A program made the translations under genes and the position numbers. 64,000 bases of DNA from Lepidodermella squamata (taxonomy: Eukaryota > Animalia > Gastrotricha). Below the pieces are notes generated by a model. The model did not search any database and had not been told where the DNA came from. It saw only the letters and a list, made by a program, of their open reading frames with translations. The number at the start of each line of letters is the position of its first letter. Position 1 is the stretch's first letter. Below, piece after piece: positions 13,224 through 25,778 of this stretch. The DNA lies in contig JBLDXI010000033.1 of NCBI GenBank assembly GCA_047495785.1, positions 2,790,001 to 2,854,000 on the forward strand, read 5' to 3'.

Positions 13224-14895
13224 GAAGATTTTAACAAAATAGATGGTAAATGAGACGCGCCTTTGAAAAAGCTGCACTTAAAGGCATAAAGCATGCAATA
13301 TGGGTAGATGAACATATGGACATAGGTACAGAGCAATCATAAACACTAGGCGTGAACGATCATAATAACTAGAAACTAATTTTTTCAACTTAAAACATGA
13401 AGCAACCTGCATGTAATCAACTAAGTTAGCAGTGAAAGGTTAAGGCGGCTGTCAGCAGTTCATATGCATCGCGGACTTAGCAGATTTTCAAACAAAGCAC
13501 ATCCCCAAAAGCTGCGAAATTAATTATTTATTAAATTATTTATCATAATCTTCAAAATATAATCAAAATAGCTCGTACAACAATTTTACCAAGTCGGCCG
13601 AAAAGCAGGCGTGAGAATTTTCGGTAAGCGGAGGTTTGGTCAATTTTTGTAATTTTTTCAACCAAACTAACCGGAAACTGTCTGTTTCAGGCGTTCAAAC
13701 GGACAGGAGACTGCATGTTTCCGAACAGTTGATCTAACAGTGCACAGTGCGGAAACTGAACGAAAACTGTCCGTTTGAACGCCGGACGGGTTTGCTAGGG
13801 ACTCAGTCGCCAAAAACAAAAACTTGAAAAATAAACCGACGCAAACCCATAAAAAATTGACAGATTTAATAATTTTTTCCAAATATTTAAGTTTCAGTAA
13901 TTTTGAAATGATTATTGACAAATTAATTTTTTTAATTTAAATTTTTGCGCGCGCGCTTTCCGACGCGGGATGCGGAGGGCAGGGTTCGTTATCTATCCAG
14001 GCATCGATCTTTGATCTTGGTTGGATCTTGGCTAATTTGAAGACACCCAGCTCCCAACGACGATCGGGCTATCAGCATTTTCAAAGGCGTGCCGAAAAGC
14101 CATTCCGTAATTCGTGCCGTAAAGGCCAAATATGACATCATTAACAAGTTAGGGCGATGGATTTCCACTCAGAGCTCCGAGGGTTTCGCCGCGTCCACAA
14201 CAGAGGCATAGATTCTTTCGTGTTACTTGCCAGGGCTCTCAAATGTACGAGCTCTGTATGATAAATTGTGATAAATCTACGGCTGCCGCGTCATGTAGTC
14301 GTTGTCGTTTTGGCCTCCTCCAATTTCGTTGGTAGAAGTGCCCTCTCAGAGGGCACCCCACTCCCAACCTAACCCCAACCTAACGTTAACGTTAACCTTG
14401 ACCCTCTGATAGCGAGCCATAAGCATAAGCACGTGGTGGCCAGAATCTTAGGCTGACTTCCGTTTCAGCCCGAAGCAGTTGTTTGCTTTCATTGCTGGAT
14501 TGTCCGCCGCCGAAAGACGATTTGCCGCGGCGATAATGACAACCTTGTTTGACTAAATGTGATATAGCTGGGATATAGGTACTATCGTCTCCCTCGAGTT
14601 ACTCCCCTAGGTTTTGCATGATGGCATAGGTGGACAAAAAGGTGAGCCCATGGCCACGCCATCGACCTGTTCGCAGCGTAATCGGCTTTTGCGCCATTTG
14701 CCATATTCAAAATTAAGTTATGAAAATAGATACTAAATGGATCATATGGTGAAGTAATCTGATCGATTTAGGAAGTCGGTTTTGCATTTAGTTTAATTTT
14801 ATAACTGTTTTTCCCTTGCATAAAACTAAGTCTTCAAGTTCAGGCCGTTTTTAGCTCAATTGCGTTTCCTCCTAGATTTTTAGCATTAATTGAAA

Positions 14896-16311
14896 ATGCG
14901 AGACGTTCCGAACGGTAAAATTCGTTGCGGCGTTGTGGCAGAAGCTGAAGGAGATGAGATGACGCGAATTATCTGGGACCTTATTAAGGAGAAGCTGATT
15001 CTGCCATATTTGGATATAGAACTTCAAACATTCGACCTTTCTATTCAAAATCGCGACTTAACGGACGATAAAGTTACTATGGAGTACGTCGAGGCTGTCA
15101 GGAAATGCGGTGTTGGTGTCAAATGTGCTACCATCACCCCTGGTAAGTGTTTCTTTGCCGGTGGTGGCCAATGATAACTGTGCATCTATTGCAATTTTCC
15201 AGACGAAGCTCGGGTAAAGGAGTTTGGCTTGAAATCAATGTATAAATCTCCGAACGGAACCATCCGTAACCAACTCGGCGGAACGCTTTTCCGTGAGCCG
15301 ATTATCTGCTCCAACATTCCGCGTGTCGTTAGCCACTGGAAGCACCCGATTATTGTAGGTCGCCACGCTTTCGCCGACCAATATGCCGCATTGGAAGCGC
15401 TCTTGCCACACGGTGAAAGCGGCACTTTGTCGATTCAGTGGAAACCCGATGGATCGAACGTATCGAAGGAACTCCGATCAATTCATTTCCCGTTGCCCGG
15501 AACGGATAACACCGGGGGCGTTGCTTTGCTGATGTACAACTTGGATGCCTCGATTACTGATTTCGCCAAGTCATGTTGCAGTCTCGCCGTCGAACGCAAC
15601 ATGCCACTGTACTTCACGACGAAAAACACCATCTTAAAGAGCTATGATGGACGTTTCCGTTCAATTTTTGATGCCGTTGCCAAAGACTGGCCCGGTCTCA
15701 CATACGAGCACCGCTTGATCGACGACATGGTTGCGTATGTCCTGAAAAGCGAGGGTTCCTTCGTCTGGGCCTGTAAAAACTACGACGGGGATGTTCAATC
15801 TGACATGGTTGCCCAGGTAAGATTCAGGCCAATTCTGCTACTGATTTGCTATAATATAAACTCGACAGGGCTTTGGTTCATTGGGTCTCATGTCTTCGGT
15901 TTTGATCTGCCCTGATGGTCGCACACGAGTTGCCGAAGCAGGTAGGCTATGCGTATTAATTTAGCTCTTTCATTAATCGTGACAAGTGTAGCCCATGGCA
16001 CAATTACTCGTCATTACCGCTTGCATCAACAAGGAAAGGAGACTTCGTCGAACCCTATCGCATCCGTTGTTGCATGGGCTCGTGCTCTGTCGCATCGCGC
16101 TGCTTTGGATAACAACGCTGATTTGGCGCAATTCGCCAAGCAGCTGGAGGCTTCATGCGTACTTACTGTCGAGAATGGAAAAATGACCAAGGACTTGGCC
16201 TTGTGCAAAAATCCTGGTTCTACTGCCGTCGATCGACGCGAATATCTCAACACCCAGGAATTCATGGACGCTCTTGCCGAAACACTCAACGGTCAACTTG
16301 CTAAGCTGTGA
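14896..16311 (+). CDS. IDH1: NADP-dependent isocitrate dehydrogenase, cytosolic/peroxisomal type
   Basis: [43 protein letters not shown] and AHGTITRHY are present. No mitochondrial presequence; the C-terminus is AKL (PTS1). Three short introns. Confidence 0.95.
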
Positions 16312-16548
16312 AACGGCTTGAGCTCGAGATAATGAGACCTATTACAAACTGAGACATTCTTATTTATCATCTTATTATGCCTTTCAGGCTAAAAAAAAAT
16401 CTCCGCCTAATTGCGGCATCTTCATTTATTTTTTCTGAACTATGAGCTTCCATCATTTATCAGCTATCGGTGCAATTCAATTTTGTATTACGGAGTTGAA
16501 TTAAATCTGCAATGCTTATTTTCTCGCTAATTTAGAATAATTTTTGAA

Positions 16549-17903
16549 ATGGCTGCAAAAGTCAAGCCAAATGAAGGTGACTGGATTTGCCAAGGTAAAA
16601 CGTAAGTCGCTGCTAAATGTTTTCTTCCAATTTTTTCAAAGTTTCCATCGTTTAGAGCGAATGGTCGCTGCGGCAATGTAAACTTCAGCAGCCGTTCGAA
16701 ATGTAACAAATGCGGAACAGAGCTTCAGAAAGATTGGGTATTCAAGAAAACCGGAATTGAAATTGGCAAACAACAAGCTGAGAAATCAGGCGGTTTATTC
16801 AATCCTGATGACTGGATTTGCAAAAGGTTCTTCTCATCATTTTCAATGCGCTTCTTAATTATCGATTCCTCCATGTAGTTGTGGTAACGTCAACTGGGCT
16901 CGACGCTTCAAGTGCAACGTTTGCAATACGCCCAAGTTGGCGAAAGCCGAAAATCGGACTGGGCTCGGTGGCGGCTATAAAGACCGCGATGACGTTGTCG
17001 AGTACAAGGAACGCAACGAATCTGACGACGAATATGACGAAGTAAATAATACCAATTAACCCTTAAATCCAATTTCATAATTAATATTTTCATCTAGTTT
17101 GGGCTAATCAAGAAGAAATTTCGCGGCGGAGCTGCAAGCGGTGACAACGACAGCTCTCAAAATGGCAACGATCACGAGAGTAGTAACGACAAACCTCAAG
17201 TAAATAACCCTATATCAAAGATCAACCATGTCTTATTGTTTTAATTGAAGCTTACTGCGGGTCCTGTAGCCGATAAGAAGGACGCCGAGCATGATGACGA
17301 AGAGGAAAATGAAGAGGAGGACGACGATGATGATGATGATGGTGACGACGCCGATCTGGACAAGTACAACTTGTTGGATGAAGACGACGTGGCCGATCTG
17401 GTGGATGCCAAGACGAAGTCTTCACGGGAGCGGTGCGAATACATTGCCTGCTTGTGACCGTAGAGATTGTAGAGATTGCGCAAATCAAACAAAATCCATC
17501 GTCCAATCTGTGCCTTTCATTTTGAAAATTCGGTCTTTCATCATTTTTACGTTTTTGTCTTTTGTCTTTTGCATGATCTGGATGATGCGCATCGCAGGAA
17601 TGACTCCGGCTCGTCCGCTTCTTCTAACTCGGGTTCGTCTGACGACTCGGACTCGAGCTCGTCGGGCTCATCTGCGTCCGGCTCATCCTCAGGCTCTGGC
17701 AGCTCGTCTTCTTCATCGGCTTCGTCGCGTGGCTCGGCAGATCGCCGTCGCCGACAACGGGACCGGTCGCCCGATCAGCGAAATCGATCGCGCTCACGGT
17801 CACCGATCGATAAAAATGATCACCACAAGTGAGACCAGCTAATGCTTTTTCACCCATTTGTTTCAATTTTTGTATTGCCATTTTCAGATCATCGAGACGG
17901 TAA
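16549..17903 (+). CDS. ZRANB2: Zinc finger Ran-binding domain protein 2 (two RanBP2 fingers, acidic region, S/RS tail)
   Basis: Spliced translation: GDWIC...CGNVNF...CNKC, GIEIGKQQAEKSGGLFNPDDWIC..CGNVNWARRFKCNVCNTPK, RTGLGGGY, DDEYDEFG, DADLDKYNL and an RS-like end. TAA at 17901-17903. Confidence 0.93.
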
Positions 17904-20900
17904 CGACTGCAGATAACTACTATTGTACTCAAATCCAGTCGTTGAATCTTTGAACGCTTTGCTTTGAGTTTTCTTTTCCAAAAAATGATAATCGTGAGCT
18001 CTGTAATTGTATCAGTGGCAGTGACAGTAATGCCACCATCATTTCAATCATCAGCTAGAGGTGAACAATAAACGTGCGAGTTTCCGAACCCTTGTGATTT
18101 CGATTATAAATTCCTGCTTTTCGTTGATATAATCTAAGTTCCCGGTGTGAAGAGAGATGATCAGTGAAGGCTGGTTTTGACTGCTGCTAATGTTGGTTTC
18201 AATAACAGAAACGTCGTCCGTATCATCAGTCGCATTCGCCGATGGCTAGTAGAGGGGTCGATATGACAGCGCTGATTTTCCTTTAAGTCCGGGCGAGTCC
18301 GCCGAAGCCGGCGATCCGAGGGTTTTATATTGTTAATTTTGATTTTTCATTTCTTTCAAGCTACGTTTGACGGATTGTTACCGCATTTTTGTCATTATCT
18401 GCTTTTCTGTTTTTGTTTTTCTTATTACATCCCGCCTTTTGAGAATCGTCGTGCTGTGCGCGTGGACAGCAAAAAGCAACGGCAGTCGAATTTCGCCTTG
18501 TAATACCTGAGTGCACGCATTCAGTCTTCGAGAAGAATAAAAATGTTAAAAAAAATCGCGCCTTTTAACCATTTTTAAATTGAAATTTGTCGAAAGGTGA
18601 TTGGCTCGCGCCAGTGACTCAAAACCTTGGAGGAATAGACATACATTTATTGTATCCAAGCTCAAGCAATTATCCAAGCTCAAAACACCCGAAATTTTCT
18701 ACCTATAAAAGGGAAGAAATGAAGATTAGAAAGGAAGAAAGGAAGAATAGGAAGAATAGAAAGGTAAGAGGAGGAATATTATGCGAAATCGAATTAACCA
18801 TGTCAGGCGGGTGGCACATTGTGCTGAGAGAATCCAAGAGCGCGCATTATTTTGCGAGCTGCAAATAACAATAAGCTGATCGGTACGGCAGTTGGAATCG
18901 TAGATGAAGCGGCGACGAGGATCGCAAATATTGAGAGGTATTGCCCGGCGACCAAGCTGCTTTGTTCTCATCTTTTTGTTCGCAGGCCGTCTGTTCTTCC
19001 TTCAACAAATAATTCTCTCCACAGTAATTTAAGCAATAATAGATCGAGTTGCGAATGCACCGTAGCATTCTGCTGCTGGTGGTGGTTCTTTTTCCCGTCA
19101 CCTTTTATACACATTACCACAAACACACGTCATCAAGTATGCACGTCGGGAGCGCCGCGCTATCGATTGGAGCGCTGCCGGTTTGCTCACGGTTCGGTCT
19201 TTGGGCGCCGCCGCGGATTACAATACCTAAGAAAAAGACAAAAAGAAAAGCAAAATAAAAGAAAACACGCGCCGCGAGATCGACGACACAGCCAAAGCAG
19301 CAGCAGCAGACTCCCGACTAGCAAATACTGCGCCTGTACACTGAGCACTGAGGATCTAATTTATTATTTAACGCAAGAAAAGGTAAAGAAAGACCGTCGT
19401 AGAACTGCGACCGCGCCAATTTTCGGCGATGACGGCAATAACAACACGAAAACCAGCCTTCGGCAGCGCGTGAGGCAATAAATTCCGTCGGCATGAATAA
19501 CAACGAGATTTTCCTTTGTTTTCTTCGACAAAACAACTAATATCCGATGATCGGCATAATACAGTCTGCGATCGCCATCAACTCCATCTTTACTTACGGC
19601 ACACGTAAATAACAAACAAAACAGTTGCGGCAATTTTTTCGGCTCGAACGGGCGAATTTCCGAGATGCCGCCGATGTTATTACCGAGAAATAATGATCGC
19701 GATCGTTCCCTTCCCTTGTGTCCAGGTCACGTTTATTACACCTGTCGGTAGCTTGTGAGTTCGCGATAGGCTGAAGCGACCTATATTTGTAACGGCTTTG
19801 AAGTGTCTTTATTGGTGCGCACCGGCACTTGTCTAAGCCGCGCGTTCACCAAAAGCCGCCAAAGGGAGTGCCTTATGGTCATCAGGTACTTGTTTCAAAT
19901 CCACCCAGCGGAGGGCGATCATCATCATCACCTGTCAGCTCTTATATATTCCAGGTTTCAATAATCGTATAGCAGCGCGATATTACTTTATTTCTTTACT
20001 GTGTCACTTCGACGATTCGCATTTTGTGCCATTCATGCAGTGGCTGCAGTAATTTTTCATACACTTTCTATTAATTTCTTCCACATGCATCGCTCTAAAT
20101 TTGCGCTCCCTGACGAAGAACTTGTGTAGTTTGATCAGGCGTCTTTGCGTTTTCGACGACCCTCCCGCGCTGATCATGTTGGGTTTGAGCATGTTGGTTT
20201 TTTCAGTAATATGGGGCTCATTTGTGTTTATACACAATGCAGAAGAAGATGATGATGATGATGCTAGTGAGTATTAGTTATCGCCGTCATTAACCACTAC
20301 TTACTGGTGATAAAAAATAATACGTCGCCGGAGATGACGTTGAACGTTCTGTTCTATTCTTCATTCTGCGCTCATCAGCACACGTGGGGACTAGTAGACT
20401 TGAATTTGCTGCTCGTGCTATCTATCGTATGCTGCATGGCTTTGGCAAAGACCGACGACGGCTTATTGTGTGTAGGCATGATGTGTAGTTTGTTGGAGGC
20501 GGCCGTGTCAACCTCTGCCTCTGCCGTCGTCGCCGCCGCCGCCGCTGAGGAGCAGTGTTGTTGATGAACAAGTCCGCACGAGACTATCAACGATGAAGCG
20601 CCTGTGTCATGAAGGTGCCAGCTCATGGTACCTCCTGATAGTTTTTTGCACACTCTGGCTTCATTTACTCCCTCCATCTCTAATGGCATCGTCCAATTTG
20701 CATCATCATTATCCGTATCTCGAAGTCTCGCAACAAACAACACGCACTCACTAAAGCTTGATCCGCAGACAGCTATTAGATAACTTTGATGATGGTGTGG
20801 AGATTAGGCAACAGACCTCGAGCTATTTTTTCTCTCGGTTTTTTTTCTATTACCTTTTTATCAAACTTTCTTGTGCTACATTCTGAATCCATCCTCAAAC

Positions 20901-22755
20901 GTTATGTCATAATACCGATACGTAAATGTGTGAACGTGGTTGGCATTGTCTATAAAATCCTGCACCGGTGCAGTCTTTCTTAAGTGAGTCTCCCTTTTTT
21001 TATTTCTCTGCTGCATCGGCATCTGGGCGTCTATCTCATTACCGTAATTCCGGTTATCTCGTCAACTAGAAAACCAAGTAGTAATTTGTGGCTCCTGCGA
21101 GTTTTTTTACATCCGCACTCGCCTCGGTGCATTCTCCTACCATTTTCCGTCCCTATCTATCTGTTTGGCTTCTTAATCTCGACTGCATGTGTTTTCCCGT
21201 GGTTTTTTTTTAATAGTCTCCTGATTACGACTTGAATGCACTCGAGGCTATTGAGTTGCATTATCTTCCATCTGCGGCTTAGCTTGCTCATCGTGGCTCG
21301 TCGCCGACGGTGAGGCGGCCATCATCCTCATCGTCAGCGCCTTCTCGAGCACGTCAAGCACCGGGCGTGGAGCGGATCGCGCAGCGGGCGACGGTTTTGC
21401 GCGCGCGCGCTCGCACAGTTGAATGTGTCAGCGCTGAATGGCGGGCGCGCCGATGAATGGACGGGGACATCACCGGCGCAATGTCATCGGTAGAGAAAGA
21501 TTTGAGGAGATTTGAAACGCTCGTTGGGTTCGCTCGCAACCCTGGGCGCTCCTTGGGTTGCCGCGCGCTCATCTCTCCGCTGCAACTTAAGCTGCTTTGT
21601 CTCCTTGGCTATTTCAGCGGCGCAACACCGTCGACTCGTCTTCATTGTCTCGTGCGTCATTATTACCGCACTTGCGTTGTCTTCGTCCTTCTTGTCTTTC
21701 GCTATGGGCAGCGCCGTCATGTTTCTTGCCACTTGCCACTGCTGCTATCTTTGAATCGCTCGCGCGCGCGCTCTCATGATCCCACACTAGACATGGCGTC
21801 TTGTGTAGCTGCGGGCTGTTGGCGCGTTGAGGTCGCCGTCTCTGCTGCCGACCAAAAGTTTCCACTCGCAATGAGCTGCTATCGCATCGAGTATCATCGC
21901 GAGTGAGTTCAGTTCACATGTTCCATTTGTCGCAGAGATTATTTATTATGTTCGCGATGATCATTTTCCGGTCTGCTAACACCTGCTATTCCCGCATTTA
22001 TTATCTTCGGTGGTGAGGAAGCGCTTGGCCGTTCCTGCTTCCTACTTGTTCGTCGTCGCATAGCTGAGCTGTTTATGACTTTCGCTTCGATGGTCGCCGC
22101 CGCCATTGCGCTCTTCGACGTGCGCGCTGTTGACGCGGGCTGTCAACGACAAAAAAACGAGTAATTGCGCGTGATAACCGGCGCAACCGACGTCTCGCTA
22201 TCATCGCCTGTTTTTCCAGTTTTTGTCGGGCGTCGCAGAGAAAGAAACAGAGGTCATGCTGCATGTTGGCACTGTGTTGTGTTGTCACTGTTATTTTTGT
22301 TCGCCGCGTTGCTGCCGACGCTTTTTTGTGTTGTGCGCCTTTCCCTACTGTCTGTTTGCCCATTCTTCTTTTCGCGCGTCAACAGTCAACAGTCTTGACT
22401 CTTTTCGCTGGTGACCGCCTCGCGCTCGCTCGCAGCTCACATCGCAGAAGGTCACGTTTTCGCCCACAAACAATTGACTTTGACGACAGCGCGCTGATTT
22501 CCGCCGTCAAACGCCTCAAAGCTAATCCGCCGAATTTCTTCCACGCTGCCTGTCTGTCTGTCTGCCTATGTTCTTATTCTCTAAGAACCCGCAGTAGTGG
22601 GCTGAATTTTGCTTTAATAAGCAGATTGAATCTTTTGTATATTTTCCGAATAGCTAGACCGGAGGACGGACTTTCTCAACCATTATTTAGCATTGTTAAT
22701 TCATTTTTTGTTAACTCGATAGAACTTCATTTGAATTGATTTTGAGACAAGTTTG

Positions 22756-25700
22756 ATGACAACTACCGCCACCGAGTCGATTCGTACGCTGTTCGGCTCC
22801 AGCGGTCGGCGCCGCCTCACCTGCAGCCGATGCAAGGAGTTTTCGACAACGAACCAAGCGACTTACGCGGCTCATCTGCGCGACTGCAACGGCGGTTCGA
22901 CGCCGACGCCAACCGCTCCTAGTCTATCATCGGCAGCCAACGGCCTACCGCTACTGCTACCGAATGCATCTAATAACGCCCAGCAAGTCAATGCGGCGGC
23001 TTCTTGGCTTGTCGATCCCCTGAGTTGGCAGCAGTTAGTTTTACAATCTGCCAAGCAATTGCAGCAACAGCAGCAACAGCCGACCGCACAAAGTCTGTTG
23101 ACCCTTGCCTCCGCTGTCGACGCAGTAGCCGCATTCTCAAACGCGGCGAATCTAATAAAATCTACTGCTGCAGCTCAACAGCAACAACAGCACCAGCAGC
23201 AGCTGCAACAGCAACAAGCTCCAGCGCCAAGCAAACCCAGTAATAACAAGGCTAATTTAGGCTCGCAAAACCAATCACCCAACGTCGTGAGCAATGTGCA
23301 ACCCATGTCATTGTTCGGCGAAGAAACTGGTTCGGGCGAGCGTTACGGCTTCCGAGAAGTCTTCAAGCACATGTTCACGGCAACTGTCAACGGCGCAATG
23401 GCGTACTGTTGCCGCCTTTGCCCTTACCAGGTAATGTTTCATTGACACATTACATGATTTTGAGTTTCTAAACAAAATTGTGTTTCTTTTCTAGCATGCG
23501 GTCAGAAGTAGAGTCACTAAACACATCAGGTTGCAGCATTTTTCGAAACAGCAACTCAGCATGTTCACATGTGAACTTTGCTCATTTACTGTAAGTTTTT
23601 TTAAATCATTTTTTCTTAATGCGTTTCCAACAACTTTCTTACGTTTCTTAGACTCAACATGCGACGGAGCTGGAACATCATCGACGCCGCCACGCCGTTA
23701 ATACAAAGGTTTACAAGTGCACGGAGTGCGAATATTCGACGCCGATGCAGAACAATTTCAAGCGGCACTTGCGCCGGCACACGTCGTCCGACGCTTTCGT
23801 GTGTTCCAACTGCTCGTTTTCGTCGCCGCACGAAGCCACCGTCAAGCGCCACGCCTTTTTGTACCACCGCGGCATCGGCAACAACGCGCCTCCGCCAGCA
23901 ACCGGCAGTCAGGCCGACAATGATGAGTTCGAGCCCGAGTTGATGGCCGCCGTCGACGACAACATGAGTGACGCAGCTTCGTCGTCGTCGAAGTGCCACG
24001 TCAAGAAGCCAGAGTCAGTTTCGCCCGGCTTCGAGAACACCGACATGATGGAATGCTGCGAGAAGGCGAGCTGCGATTCAGGCTCCGGTTCCAACAGCGG
24101 CGCCTACGTGTGCGACGTGTGTTCGTTGGCATTTCAGACCATCGGCAGTTTCAGTCAACACCGTGCGCAACACGACTCGGTGGTCGACACACCGCCGCAG
24201 CGCAGCGGCCCGCTTGACTTGCGCCGCATGTCGTTTTCGTCGCAAATACAACAGCAAAACTCGCCGATCAGCGTCGAAGCCGGCGGAATCCTGAATTTGT
24301 CTACGAAACCCGCAGATGACAATTGCCAAGTTAATCGCGCAGCTGCCCGGAAGCAATCAGCCGTTAAGCGCCATTTACCTCAACAAACCGCCGATCATTT
24401 GTTGCATACCGCCGTCAAGGTGCAAAAGGTCGAAGCGCCGTCGCCACCGATGGCGCCCGATTCGGAGGAAGTAGACCGCCGCTACGGCTGTCCGGTTTGC
24501 GCGTTTGAAGCTGACGACAAGACTGTTGTGCGCAAGCACCTGACCGAAACGCATCCGAACCAGCCGACAACCCGAAAACCGACTGGCTCAGGCAATCGTA
24601 ATCAATCAATGGCCCCTGCAATACTCCCGATCCGCTGTGTGACCGTACCTCGCCAGAAAGAAGCGGCCTCTTCGCTGCTGATGAAATGCGAGTCTTCGTC
24701 GCCTGGTGCCGATTTGAAGCTGTTTCGCTGTTCCGCGTCCAGTTGCTCATTCGCATCACGTCGTCGCAATCTAGTCGAGCGGCACCAGCGTCAAACGCAC
24801 TCCGCCATGCACTTGACTGTGCTCGAGGTCGACGGACAGCAGGATGCGTCGAACGAATTCCCGGCTGTTGCTGGCCTGCCGACACCGCCCGCTAGTCACG
24901 GCACGCCATCCACGTCTGTATCGACCAACAGCCATTCGTCGCCGCCGCTTCCAGCCGCCGCCAACGCAGTGCGCATGTTCAAATGCTCCGAATGCGGTCT
25001 GCAATCTGCGTGGAAGAAGTCGGTCAAGAGTCATTTGAAAACGCAGCATCCTAACGTGGAAAATGGTCGCATCCTTATCGCCTACGTTCAGAACCAGCAG
25101 CATGGCGACGAGGCGATAACATCGCCCAGGCAGAAGCAGTCAAACTCGCAGCGAGCCAAGTCGAATTGCCGTCGATACCGTTGCCCGGCTTGTGAATATC
25201 GAGCCAACTTTTACCACGACGTGAAAAAGCACGCGAGAAATCTGCACCAGATCGAAGCTGAAGTCATTGTCCTCGACGAAGAGCTGGCCAAGAGAACACT
25301 CGCCGAATATGTCTTGCGTCATGCCAACTCCCGACGCCATAAAGAAGGCAGTACCGTCAGCCAAACGATGGCGGACAGCCAGAATGGCGTCAGTCAGGGT
25401 AATAGGCGAGTAGCTGGTCGCCGTAGTTTCGCCTGCCGCAGGTGCAGCTTCCACACAACGCGTCGTAATGGATTCATTCGCCACTGCATTGGCCATTTTT
25501 CGAGCAAAAAATCACCGACTGGCGATGTTTGTGACAAATGCGGCTTCATTTCTCGCTCGGTGGATCACGCAGAACAGCATCGGCTGTTGTGGCACGCGAA
25601 ATCGGCCGGCGCCGAGCAGCCGCTAGTGCCGATTCCGACAAGTGTTTTCAAGTGTACCATTTGTGAATTCCAGTCAAACGAGGCAGCGATGCGGGATCAC

Positions 25701-25778
25701 GTGAGCGCGCACGTTCCGCCTGCCTTGCTTGCCCTCGGAGCCGTACGCCTCGACGCCTTGTACATTCCGAAGCCGTGA
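22756..25778 (+). CDS. Large transcription factor with dispersed C2H2 zinc fingers and Q/A-rich N-terminus
   Basis: Three exons (donors near 23431 and 23591). More than ten CxxC...HxxxH/HxxxxH fingers, e.g. YKCTECEYSTPMQNNFKRHLRRH. Orthology not resolved. Confidence 0.85.

Larger units (their letters stand above)
7509..13800 (-). mobile_element. CMC/EnSpm (CACTA-like) DNA transposon, apparently full length (6292 bp)
   Basis: Left end CCCTAGTAA (7509) and right end TTGCTAGGG (13800) are inverted. AC flanks both sides (7507-7508 and 13801-13802), giving a 2-bp TSD. Subterminal GGAAACTG/AAAACTGTCCG motifs occur at both ends, and the element encodes an EnSpm-type DDE transposase. Confidence 0.9.

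Noticed and set aside
19868-19875. miR-124 seed (TAAGGCAC on the minus strand), and similar seed-only hits for miR-12, miR-34 and miR-137 elsewhere
   Set aside because: The matches stop after the seed and no hairpin is present.
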